DNA of 60,000 nucleotides from Laetmonice hystrix (Eukaryota): NCBI GenBank assembly GCA_965235115.1, contig OZ249436.1, positions 53,508,001 to 53,568,000 of the forward strand, read 5' to 3'. Shown piece by piece: positions 1 to 12,109 of this stretch (position 1 is its first letter; each line of letters starts with the position of its first letter). The notes under the pieces were generated by a model. It saw only the letters and a program-made list of their open reading frames with translations, ran no database searches and was not told where the DNA came from. The position numbers and the translations under genes were made by a program.

Positions 1-185
1 AAAATATCACCCTGCATGGGCAGTCGGCGGCTAAACTATCAACAGGGTCTTATAAATGTGAGAATGATGACAGTGGCAGTTGATTGCTGCATGTCACAGC
101 CTTTCTCTCGGTACTCTCGTTTCTAGCAGTCAGACTGAAGTCGATTCCGACGACTGCTTGGCTGTCTATAATGCACCAACATTAA

Positions 186-707
186 AGGGGCATACTATGA
201 AACACGTTTTTGAGGATTTCCGGCAATTATCCAACATGACCGTGTACTAGGGATCCAAGTAAATAATCCTACCACAGCATTTTGTCCTCCGACGTGTTTT
301 CGCTGCGTATGCAGCACAAGTAGGTTCTATACGACCAAACCTATAGATTTCTCCCGATAGCACATGTATCTCCCGCCATAATTTAGCGGACAACCTCCCA
401 TCAACCCGTGTAACTGCATACTGTGTCACATCCTGTGTGTGCACTCTCTGCATGTGCTTAGTCACGTGCTTTGCTTAGTTGTAAACAATTCAGCAGTGGC
501 ACTCGATCGCCCGGCATCAGAATGCCACCCAAAAAATATTTCACGAAATCGGCAGAGAATCGAGCAAGGGAGCTTAATAAACTTCGATTTCTCACGCAAA
601 ATAAAACTGATAAGTCTGTCTTTGTTTACCAAGCAATTTTAATGAAGGAGCACAAGCAAAAGTTCTATGAAATACCGATTTTTAACGTTTCCTCATAATA
701 TGCCCCT
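186..707. mobile_element. MITE, Kolobok-like (TTAA target site, AGGGG termini)
   Basis: TTAA(182-185)|AGGGGCATACTATGA...TCATAATATGCCCCT|TTAA(708-711); terminal inverted repeats with 1 mismatch. Confidence 0.8.
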
Positions 708-1901
708 TTAAACTGTGTAGACAAAATTACACTCCCCCCTTCTCAGTATTTCTTCCCTGGCATGCCTTTCAGGGACAAAGTACGGGGCTTTCAAACTTTG
801 ACAAGTATCTGGAGGTCGACATGGTGTTTATTTGCACCGAGTACCCTGAAGTAGCCATTAGACCTAGGCTATAGCAATCATGTTGATACATCATGCCCCC
901 ACCCCCTTCAGTCCAACCGTTTTTGGAGACTCTCTACGCAAGACTAAAAACGTAGATCTACCATCATTACAACACCATCTCTGTTTCCGTCTGTCACTGA
1001 CATAGTTAATCCTATCTGTCACTGGCACAGTGACTTCGTGACATCAATTTCGTCCAGGCATCATGATGTCAGTAGGGCAAGAATTTGACCTGGATATAGG
1101 CCTGCATGCACTGCATGTCTATGAGGAGCGGCGGAAGAGTTAAACTGCATGCATGGGGTTGGGAATTGGGGAGGTTTATCTGGGGTAAAATTGAATTTTA
1201 CATCTCTTCTGCATGAAGTCATTTAAATTTCACAAAAGGAAGGGGGTATAGGTGGCAGTTAATTATAGGCCTATTTTGAATAAGAGCTGTTATCATGCGT
1301 GTATTCAGGATTTATTATAATGTAGCCATGCAATCACATTTGGCCGGCGGCTTATCTTTCCCTCTATTTAATAGTCTATCAAAAGACACATATTTTCTGT
1401 TGTTGCGAACCATCAACTGACACGATAATCATGCAGTGTAGATTCCCGGTCATTCCCAGGCCAACGCTGTGTGCCAAAGGGGTAAGTATACGATTAAGAA
1501 ACTAGTTGTATTTTGGGGTTGATTGATGGATATACATAATTATGTAATCTGCCCCTTTAAATATGTAATGTTGCAAACTAGCAAAAAGGTTTTCTCCCAG
1601 TGTCACCGACGGACTCTCATGACAGGAGAGGGTGCATGGGGGAGCGGGCATGCCCCGTGATGGGATCGAGATACTGTGACGCGGGGGGGAAGGGGCGGGA
1701 GAGGGCGAGGGTAAATTATTTCCAGGGTGGGAATCGTTAGACACACGGGGTACATACACGATGGGGTTGACAGTGGAAGGAAGGCATGACAAGTCGAGCG
1801 AAGGCAAAAATAGTCACCCAGCACCATTATGGTTTGTGCTCGAAGGGGTTCTCCATGTATGGTTCTATTCCATTGTGCTAAATAATCTTACGCACTCTTA
1901 A

Positions 1902-2255
1902 AGGGAGCCGTAAAATTCATTTTTTCGATTTATGGCAGTCTTAGAAACATATGATTATCATACCTTGGACTCCCAGTAACATCATGTGAGACTGTTATGG
2001 CCCAGCGACCAGTATTTAGTAAGGAAAATATGCCAAATCTCTCGCAAATACGTAGCTCAGAATTAGCGAGCGGCCCACAGGATATTTGAGTTGGCCGCGG
2101 TCGGGCGATGATGACGCGTGATCACGTGACTTCCGGGTGTGGAAGGGAATCTCCCTCTATTCTAGCGTTGACCTAAATACCGCATGTACACAGGTATGCG
2201 AATCATATGTTTCTAAGACTGCCATAAATCGAAAAAATGAATTTTACGGCTCCCT
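1902..2255. mobile_element. MITE, Kolobok-like, ~63-bp TIRs
   Basis: TTAA|AGGGAGCCGTAAAATTCATTTTTTCGATTTATGGCAGTCTTAGAAACATATGATT... with the near-perfect reverse complement ending at 2255, then TTAA. Confidence 0.9.
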
Positions 2256-2786
2256 TTAATATCCCATTAAATTTCGCAACCAAAAGTGGTATTACATCTC
2301 TTCTTTGCCTGGAGGCACTTCAGTGACACGTATAGGCCTATAACGAAGAACGCCCCCCGGGACAAAACGAAATCCTGAAGTGGTTAAGGGCATGACAGTT
2401 AAAAAAGGGGGCAATAGCTTAGGTCCTGACGCGTAGGTTAGGCCTATACGTCCTTAACAGGAAGTGGGATGGCGTTCAAAGAATAATGAGGGACTGCTGT
2501 CAACATCTTTAAAGCGGCAGTATAACCATCAATCAGGCACTCAGTCGCCATTAAACTTCGACAGCATCCGGCAGAAAGCCCGGGGCTCTTGGGCACAGGA
2601 CAGGGTTATTCTCGGAAATCGGTCGTCACTCGGATCACGCCATACCAGTGGCCCAAATTAGGTGTGCGGACCAAACACAGGAGGAGGGGTGACGAGGGAA
2701 GGACAAAATGGGAGGGGCGAATCTGTCAATGCCCTCATAAATTACACTCTCAGGTCGTAAATCGTAACACAGTGTTTAAAAATAAC

Positions 2787-2870
2787 AGAGAGAGAGAGAG
2801 AGAGAGAGGGGAGAGAGAGAGAAACAGAGAGAGAGACACAGAGAGAGAGAGATGGAGAGAGGGAGAGAAT
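2787..2870. repeat. (GA)n microsatellite
   Basis: imperfect GAGAGA tract. Confidence 0.95.
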
Positions 2871-3984
2871 GAAAGAATGAAAGAATGAATCTCCACACCT
2901 TCGGTAACAATCCGGAGAGTATGTAGATCTATAGTTCCTTAAAGCGGCATCGTTAGTATATTCGAGAATAAAACACTTAGAATCTACCTGTCCCCTATAG
3001 CAACCTATTGACATATATAGGACTATGAAGACACACTGTTATACTGCAATATTGCAGTATGATGATTTTTGTTAACTAAAACTCGGACCGAAGCAAAAAC
3101 ATGATAATTAGCAGGAGTTTGAATTTGCCTCCGCTCTCCGAAAGGGGCGCTGCAAATGACGTCGTACAACATCCCATAATAGGTATCGCTCCACCATATT
3201 TCATCATCATCATGCGCTTGCTTTGTAAATATATGCCTCCGAGGGACCTGAGAGAATGAGTTGGACAGAAGACGTGACAGTGCTCGTGGCATTGAAATAG
3301 CCTTGAAACCCCACGCTCTGACTAGTCCGAGCGTCACCTGAGACTGTGAGAGTCACTGAAACTCACCCACTCGGAACGATCGACGCTGCTTCTGATTGGC
3401 TGTTTCTAGGTCATATCCGGGGCGAAGCAGGCCTCGGACAGTGAAAGTGTACGGATTTTACGGCGATTTAACGGGAATCCGCCGGATAGGCTGTGTGCTC
3501 TCTGATTCGGCCGATTGAAAAAGTAGTGCAGTCGATAGACGTACTGTTTTAGGTGTTGTGTGCATTGTAAACATTGCACACGGCGATGACAACATTGTCA
3601 TAGGCCATAAGCATGGCGATGCGCCTACGCCTATAGATAGTCAGGCCAGTGCATGGCGTGTGCGATAGATTACAAATTTAATGGACACTCCTTTGGAAGA
3701 ATTTATAAGTGCTACAGTTGACATACGGACAGCACTAGGTCTAGGTGCACGCGTGGTGTCTTGTCTCGATCGAGCCCGCCGCCGCTCCTCCACCTCACGG
3801 GCTCGGCGGGCCCCGACTGCCCGTGGTGAGCGAGTTGCTACCGTCTGCTTTGACGGGACCCTCGCTGGGTTTAACCCGGCGGGCTGAAGTGACGGGCTCA
3901 CATCGCGTCGGCCGGGGCTTATATACGCGGTGTAGGCCCCCTATTCCCCCGAAAACATGTCTGTATTTACATTTTGAAAATAGT

Positions 3985-4125
3985 GTGGTGACGTCAGCAA
4001 AACAAGATGGCGCTTTCACTGTCCCGAGTCCAGTTCTCGAAAGGAAAGTAAACCGGAAATGGCTCGGTCGTTCCGATTGAAACTCACCGTGGGAATGCCG
4101 CTCAATCTCCCATAATGCACAGGGG
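3985..4125. promoter_or_regulatory. CpG-rich promoter-like motif cluster
   Basis: TGACGTCA (CRE, 3989-3996), CAAGATGGCG (YY1-type, 4003-4012), CCGGAAAT (ETS-type, 4053-4060), TCTCCCATAATGCAC (ZNF143/Staf-type, 4106-4120) within 135 bp. Confidence 0.55.
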
Positions 4126-5309
4126 CTTGCTCCACTACCCCTCTGCCACACCTTACTTTTTACGGCGACAATCGCTCCTCTACATAGGGCCTACGCGTTT
4201 AACCCCGTTATTGCAAAGTCGGCCGCCCTTTATGGTATCTATAAAATTTAACCCAGGCCTACCTCTAAATCCCAAAACCGAGATTATAACAAGTGACATT
4301 CACCGTACATGAGAAATATCTGATGAAATATTAGGAACTACATATGCGGAGGGAAATCAGCAATAGTCGCAAGTCGGTTGGCCAATTTCGGGATGATTCG
4401 AAATACTTCGGGTGTTTCCGACTAGGTACTTCCGTTCAACATAGCGGCTGCATTTGATTTCTCCGAAGATTTAGATGTTTGTGTGGCATCATATTCTGAC
4501 AGTCTGCGCCGTAAAAGTAAACAACAAGAGTGCCTCAGCAAAATCAAGCAGCCACGATTCCAGCTCGGCTGGCCCGGTCGGGGATTTCTAGGTCAGGTCA
4601 GGGGTCACTCAAACGGCAGTACCCAGCCTGTGGCAGAGATTCAATGAAGTGAACGATCTCTGTCCGGAGAGTGAATGCCGCTGTTAGATCTATACGGTTA
4701 TCCACAATGGCCAAGCGGTTCGAAGGTAGAGCGTTAGATTGCAACGGAGCCAGCTGAGCGTTCTCACATTGCATTTGGTTGGTCTCACTTCAATTTATTT
4801 GAGTTTTACATGTGACACTAAGCTAATTTATATGGCAGGGTGTCGATATTACAGGTTTTAAAAACAGGAGACCTTTAATTCGTGAAAAAATATTCGTGAT
4901 TTCCCCGAGAATATTGATGACAATATTAAATATCTATTTTTCAAATGCTGACTAATTTACACAATCCATAATTTGCCGTGTGAATAAGAAAAACAACTCT
5001 GGGGGTCTCGGAGGCCAAATAGGTCATTTTCAGTGACTGAAATAAGATATAGCGACTTTTAGAATTTATTTTACATAATACTCGCCAATCCGCATGAAAA
5101 GGTAACTTGAAATTCGACTTGAAATTGGTGAGATATTTCCTTTAACTATAATGTAGTATGCAATAATATGCCTGTTCAAGTATAGCCTGATCTGTGATTA
5201 ACACAACAGTAAGGGACTTACGACGTTTTCGAAACACGACAGGAGGTGCTGATTAAATCTTTATGAAGTCGGTCTATCCCGGGGTACGTATCGTTATAGT
5301 TGGTCATTA

Positions 5310-6140
5310 GGGAGCCCTAGCTGTTGGGGACATGAAGAAAAAAAGTCGTTTCTGAAAAAGAAATTGTGGTGATCTCGAAATTACCACATAGTGATGTCGT
5401 AATAACGAGTTAATGACGTCACCAAGTCGTTATTATACGAGTTAATCGCGTTCATTTCAGAGAAAACAAATTGTGGTGATCTCGAAATTACCACTTAGTG
5501 ACGTAATTAAAGGGATTAGAAAAGTTCAAACTATCAATATAAGGGTGTTCAGCATGAACAAGCTGGTTCTTACCTACAATTCTGTGATTATCTGATCTTT
5601 AATAAAGGAATAATCAACCGAAATGTAAAGACATTCTCCCGCTGGTTTCGTCGGTTTGTTTACCCTCCTTGGTCGTTATCTCAATCTATTAATAGTCATA
5701 GCTCCCGCTGTCTCGCGTGAGAAATAGCGAATGACCCGGGCGGTATTTTTAAAAAGTCGCCGTAGACAGTGTTCCACTTATCGGTGTGACCTTACACACT
5801 TTATATGGTGTTACTGGTGTTCAAAGGTACGTTAGTGAGGAACTTTTGCTGTATAGGTGTAAGTCGTAACAACGAGTTAATGACGTCACTAAGTGGTAAT
5901 TTCGAGATCACCAATCTTTTCTCTCTAAACGCGACTTAGTTAAGTAACATCAATAAGTCGTAATAACGAGTTAATGACGTCACTAAGTGGTAATTTCGAG
6001 ATCACCACAATTTGTTTTCTCTGAAACGAACGCGATTAACTCGTAATAACGACTGGGTGACGTCATTAAGTCGTAATAACGAGTGGTAATTTCGAGATCA
6101 CCCCCAATTTTTTTCTCTTCATGTCCCCAACAGGGCTCCG
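5310..6140. mobile_element. Foldback-type MITE with long internally repetitive inverted arms, TA-flanked
   Basis: TA|GGGAGCCCTAGCTGTTGGGGACATGAAG...CTTCATGTCCCCAACAGGGCTCCG|TA; the unit GGTGATCTCGAAATTACCAC occurs twice in the left arm and three times inverted in the right arm. Confidence 0.8.
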
Positions 6141-6222
6141 TAGTAATATTGTGAGGAGTTAATCTTAATATTTACCTGATTTCATAAAAAATTAATCGTT
6201 CCTTAGAAATATCATTATATTA

Positions 6223-6590
6223 GGCCATTTAAAATTAATTTTTAGTTTTTTATCACCGCCCGTCCCGATTTTTAGGCCCGCCCCGATTTTTTTAAATATT
6301 TTATATTTCTTTAAAAGTCCGTTTTTTCGCCTTTGAATACACCAGAGATCGTTGACGGAATGCGCGCGCCATCTCCCGATCATGTATAAAACTAAAGTGG
6401 TCTATTTTTGTATTGTAATTTAGTTTTATTGAATACAGATGATTTTTTGTACAAAATATTGGACTTAAATCACCTTATTTCATGATAGGTCGTGAAATTT
6501 TAAAATATAAAATATAAAATATAAAATGCCCTCCCCGCCAAATTTTTCAACATCTACTGATGAACAACTAAAAATTAATTTTAAATGGCC
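6223..6590. mobile_element. PIF/Harbinger-like MITE (TTA TSD)
   Basis: TTA|GGCCATTTAAAATTAATTTTTAGTT...AACTAAAAATTAATTTTAAATGGCC|TTA. Confidence 0.85.
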
Positions 6591-7561
6591 TTAGAGAACT
6601 TCTGCTAAAAAGTCTCTCCTGCATGGTTGGGAATCGGGCTATAGTTGGAGCCGTCAACACGTTTAATATAAAATATATGATCGGCTGGTCCAGAGACAGG
6701 GCGGCTATATCGGCCGTATACCTTCCTCGTCTTCTGTACTGGCTACATTATTCCAGCCAATTTGAAATTCAATCAGTAGAACAGCAATAGGAAAAGGTCT
6801 GTATTTAGCAACCGTATAACTTTTTTTTAAAAATAACAGACTAATTGATCATTGGCTATACGTGCTCCTAACTTGAAATGATAAGCAAATAATGTAGGCC
6901 TACTTTCCATTGAGAAAATCGGTACCGTCTATGGCCCGTCATTTGTCGCGTGTCCCGGGTGTAACTTTCCTTGCTTTGGTAAAGATAGATTCTATACGCA
7001 GAGAAACATGAGGAGTTAGTTCATTATAGTGAAATTCACGTTTTATCCAATAGATCCTTAATTCAAGAAATGGGGGAGGGGGTGCGCGGTCCCAACCCCC
7101 TATTGCGACATCATTGGTTTGTTGGGTAGCTCGGTACAGGTATAGGTAGGCCTCATGTAGAACATTATCTTCACAGCTGCTTGCCATTTACCCCCGATTG
7201 ACGTTCGCAGCCCGAGCGGTGTTTGTAGCAGAAACATGCACGACGTGGCCACGCGGGGCATGTGTAGCTGTCAGCGAGACGAGTCACGCCACCCCACAAA
7301 CCCATCCCCCCGTTTTCCCTGCGCCCTTGTTTGCCCCCCCCCCTCCCCCACTCCGCTTGTTGGAGGAGGTTGGAGGAGCGGTACCACAAACATTTTGGCC
7401 CACTTCATTCGGCCAGTGGCGGGATAACGTTGATACCAGAAGTTACCTAACATTGTTTGCATGTAAGCATTGATGATAAGCACGGGCAGGAGACGGATTG
7501 CCGATTACCATGATATAATGGACTACTATAGCATCCTCAAGTCCGGGTCTGCATGCATTTA

Positions 7562-7712
7562 CAGTGGGGGGCGGGGGGGGGGGAATTAGATTTTCCTTCT
7601 TTCTTTTCTATGAAGATGCATTTAGTACGATCACAATCAAATCATGCTGAGCCTATAGCGAGGGTAATTTTTATTAGGTGGCCGCCTTATCAAAATGCTG
7701 GATCCCCCACTG
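7562..7712. mobile_element. GC-rich MITE with 5-bp TSD ATTTA
   Basis: ATTTA|CAGTGGGGG...CCCCCACTG|ATTTA; internal sequence shared with 42774-42942. Confidence 0.75.
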
Positions 7713-8534
7713 ATTTATAAACCACGCCTGATAATAATGTTGGACGAAAGGCTTATCAAAGCTATACTATCTGAATGACTGATCTAGGCCTACATGTTGT
7801 ATGTTATATCTTTGTCTATAGTACGCCCCCTAATTAGCCTAACATAAAGTCTACATCTGAGATGTATACACCTCGAGAAAGATATGAATACGCTACCAGT
7901 AAAATACCCGCGCCCCCACACTTTTTTCTTGTTTATAGCCTATTCGAATAACATTATGCAGATAGATGATAATAACCCCATTAGACCAAGGAGCGGCTTT
8001 ATCGGAATCAAATCGGGAGTATGCGTAGATCGGCGTGCCACGCCAGAAACAAGCGCGTGTTTGTTTGGATATGGAAAATAGGATCCACCCCATTCAGCTT
8101 CTGATTGGTTAAGGCTGGCGGCCTGGCGAGTTTTATCAACGGCCATTGGTCGTATTGAGATCTCACCTGACTGACGCAGCAATATACGAGCAGACTCCAT
8201 ATACCTGGGGTAACGCACACACCATAGCGTTACATGGCTCTGCAATAAGGAGAAGTAGAAACACGCGATAAATAGGCAAGGCTTTCTGCATTAAGGGCAG
8301 TCTGTGCGTGGTGCTGTCGATGATTTGCCAGTAGGCCGTGTTCCAGAGACTGACTCAGTGCTAACTGAGTGCACCCTGACTTCACTGTCCGCCAACACAA
8401 GCTTGTTAAAATCATACAATATTCGAGCACATCGGACATCATACAGAGGCACCATTGAGGGGTGATCCCACTTGAAGTTGACCACGAGGCGAGAAGGAAG
8501 CTCACATATATCAAGCGACAGTTTTTGACTGGAG

Positions 8535-8679
8535 ATGGAGACTCGACCACCCGTCATGCTAGTAATCGTGGCACTGCTTTCCCTAGCGGCCACGGCAGGG
8601 GCTTCACGCCAACGGCCCGCGAGGGCCCTCAGCGTCTTCGCCTCCCCGGTGCGAAATGTCAAGTACGATCACTTCGACG
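8535..8679 (+). CDS. Secreted anaphylatoxin-like-domain protein, coding exon 1 (signal peptide)
   Basis: METRPPVMLVIVALLSLAATAGASRQRPARALSVFASPVRNVKYDHFD+G, then GTGAGT donor (phase 1); hydrophobic core with a small-residue AGA-S cleavage motif. Confidence 0.75.
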
Positions 8680-11600
8680 GTGAGTATTAACCCAGTCGGC
8701 AGATATACACTTTAATGGACGTGTGGTAAAGTTACTCTATAGTCTGGATCATTTCCGAAAACACTGTCTGTTACTTAACAGCGCTGGGGTATAGACTCTA
8801 CACCGGAAAAAGTTCTGAACTAATTGAACGTCATGGTTGGGCAAATCTTACAGACGCAAGCATTCCCCTCCGAACGTGCACCTGTGCGGGTCTGGTTACA
8901 AAAAGTCCGTTCACGTTCACTTTGTAGAGATAATTAGATATGCGTCTGGTGCACAAGTGGTTGAGGCTGTCCCATTTGCATCTTTGGCTTCAGGAGAAAC
9001 AAAGAAGCAAGAGAAGTCAGCTTTTCCTATATAAACGGACGCGGATGCAGATATTATTATTAGCCTTGCAGAGTGCTCTTTGCACAGTTGGCTACCATCA
9101 ACTCAAGTTATGTTTGTTTGACCTATCTACCTTTTTGTATGCTGTCCCTTAATACCGCATGGCAGCTAGTTTTAGTGACGAGTGATGATTCATCCTTGAC
9201 AACAACAGAACAGCCAACTACGTGAAAAATACGCAAAGAGACATTCTATAGTAACGTGGATTAGATCTAGGCCTGCTACTAGAAATACACCATCCCTCTG
9301 TTGAACAGAGCCTGGAGGTGCATAATAGGCCCCCTTGTCTATTATTTAACAGTTCTATTCCGAGGCAAATAGTAGGAGTGCCACCTATACCCATGGTCGT
9401 TGCTACGATTATCTGAAACCAGACCTAAAAGCAAGAGCAAACACACAGCAACCAGTGTAGCTTCTGTTGCAGCATGCTGGCGTGTTTCCCACCTGAGCTG
9501 GGTACATGTGTACTTCAGCTTACTTTTTTCGGTGCACTCCAGGCCCGCAGTGACCCACAATGGCAAAATAACATTTGGGTGACAGTTTTTCGTGTGGAGA
9601 TGACCTCCATCACACCGGCGTTTGGGCGCCCTCAGCGCAATGATAATAATTTGGCACCGGTGCAGCTGCGTATGTCAGCTATCTCGACATGTCAGCCTCC
9701 CTTTACTTGGGACTGCTGACCTCTCAAACAAAGAATAGGAGTGGGTAGCTCTCTGATGTAGGCCCTATCACTCACTGATAATCGGAGGCGTCACTGAAGA
9801 CCAACTTGCATTATATTTTCCAAAAAAAAACGCTTTTATTAATCTATACATGATAACGTAAAAGGCCTAGAAATAAGAATTCCTATAGGCCTACATAATC
9901 ACTGCCGATTACTGCAATGTTTTCACGGCGTAATAATAATCTCTATGGCAGAGTAAACTGAGACTACCAGTTTTATTGTACAATCATATAGCTATCATAG
10001 GTTGTTCTCATTATGAGACGTCAACTTGGGAGTCAGAAAGCAGTATGATTAATAGAGTGTACGCGGCTGGGTTATCGCAGGCGGAGCATGTGCTCAGCTA
10101 CTTGTCACTTACAGAAATCGGGAGCGCATCTGTAGCCTACATAATGATTGGTATCATCATCCTTGTTCCAAATCACAAATACATAATGATTACCATCGCC
10201 ATCCTCTTTCCAATCACATGAACTGAAAAAAAAATCAAACTACATATGCTCCCGCACCCCGCCCCAAAGGAGGCGAAAGTCGCCGATAGACTGTCAAGAA
10301 AATACACATGAATTCAAATTGGAGGCCGAGGTTGGCAAACAAGAGGCCGTTTGATAAAATCTAAGCCTAGTTGTGAATCGCGGTGGAGTTGCTGATAACA
10401 TTGTAGTCTGCACCACAAATATACCGAACCTCTTATGTCAAGAGAAACCATCACGATCTACAAATAGACTGATGGGACCAGAAAGATTACCTCCTTCATA
10501 TACTTGTAGGCCTACCTGTCTGACAGTCCATCAACACTTACAGGGGGGACGTCCAAATACACCTGCACAATCGTGTGACACTATGAATTTAGAAAATGTA
10601 AAGAGAGCAAATCAACATAGAGTCTACCCCCATGTCCAATTTTGTGCATGCCCCCCCCCCCCTTGGAGTTGTCAATGATCGGTCAAGCAACGGCCTTAGT
10701 CCATTGCTGTCCATAATTTGCTCTGGCCTGTATGTGTGGCTGAGTGTGATTCTGTGTGTCTACAGGTATTTCACCTCTTGTTACATCTCCTATCTGCATG
10801 TGCAGATGCCATGCAGTTTCATCACACTTTGATTTGTCTTTAACTTAACCCTTTAGCCCTTAAAGTGGCACCACGGGTGGGGGCCCCTAAAAGAAATTTT
10901 TCCTCGCTACGCTCGGCATGATTTTTTTGTGATTATGGTCATTTTGGGCCCCTTTTGGTCTATTTCAATGCTGCATGGCACAGAGTTATGTTGCTCCTGG
11001 ATGACTGAGGAGGCCCTTTTGGGCCCGATGTTACTATTCCGTACATTATAGGAGGCTTTTTAAAATAATTTTGGGTTCGAATGATGCACCTTCTTAAAAA
11101 AAAGGGGGAAAGGAAAATTTAAGGGGGGCGGGCCCCCGGGCCCCCTGGATCCCCCAGTGGGCTCGGTCTTGGATCTAATCAGTGTGTTACGAAAGTCGTG
11201 GGTATAGTTAGGTCGCCCAACGACACCATGCATGATTATCAGCGGACTCTACCGGATATATAGGCTTGCTTCTGGAAGACGTTATCTTTAGCAACAGTGT
11301 CGGAAAAAAGGCTTCTGTGTGCAAGCATTAAAACTTCTCGCATTACAAACCCTTGCGTGGGAGGTTGGCTCGGAGAACACTCGGGCAAAGGTGCCTACAT
11401 ACCGGTGATGTAAAATGAGCAGTCGTTCATATTCTACAGTTTCTTTGGGGAAGAATATTTTAGTATGCCAGAGTTGGATGACATGGGAACTGCACGGCGG
11501 CAAAGCTTATAATGTACCTGGATGGAGGGTGTAAAAATACTGCTTCTTTCACTAGGTTCTTTCACTCCATTATCACATGTTACCATGGTGGTCGGAGGCA

Positions 11601-11806
11601 CCGACAATTTTTGTAGACAACAATTTGTACCTTGTTGATGAGGAACCTTTGCATTCGAAGTATACAGTGGATTCATGTAGGTACAAAACAGGGAGCTTAT
11701 CCCCATCGCCTGCCCGACCCTTGCTGTCTGAATCCCGATTTAATGAACCGTTTTACATAACTCTACACCTCTCGGTACCTCATTTCTTACACTTCCATCA
11801 TTTCAG

Positions 11807-12109
11807 ACTATCTTATGGGTCTCCAGTTTGCAAACCGACAGCATAACCAGGTGACCAAGGAGGAGAGTCTGCCGGCTGGACACCGCCACCGATCTCATAC
11901 CAGGCCGACGCCCACCCTGCCGACCGACGACGAGGACCTAGTCGGTGGGAGCGGCGACACGACGGCGGGCACCGACCCGACCGATCCGACCGATACGGAC
12001 ACCTCGCCCGAGGAGCAACCCCACCATCATAGTCCTCACCGCCCGCACCCACAGCCGCCGCATCAGACCAGCTCGGCCACCGATCTCGACATTCTGGGCT
12101 ACTTCAGGG
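11807..12109 (+). CDS. Secreted anaphylatoxin-like-domain protein, exon 2 (acidic/Thr/His/Pro-rich spacer)
   Basis: pyrimidine tract + TTTCAG acceptor; phase 1 matches ORF 11815-12123; GTCAGT donor at 12110 (phase 1); GC-rich coding-like composition. Confidence 0.75.

Noticed and set aside
2589..3014. ORFs with ER/SL repeats
   Set aside because: Translation of the (GA)n microsatellite.
9342..9566. Minus-strand ORF with a hydrophobic LLLLL stretch
   Set aside because: Short, with no supporting splice or domain evidence.
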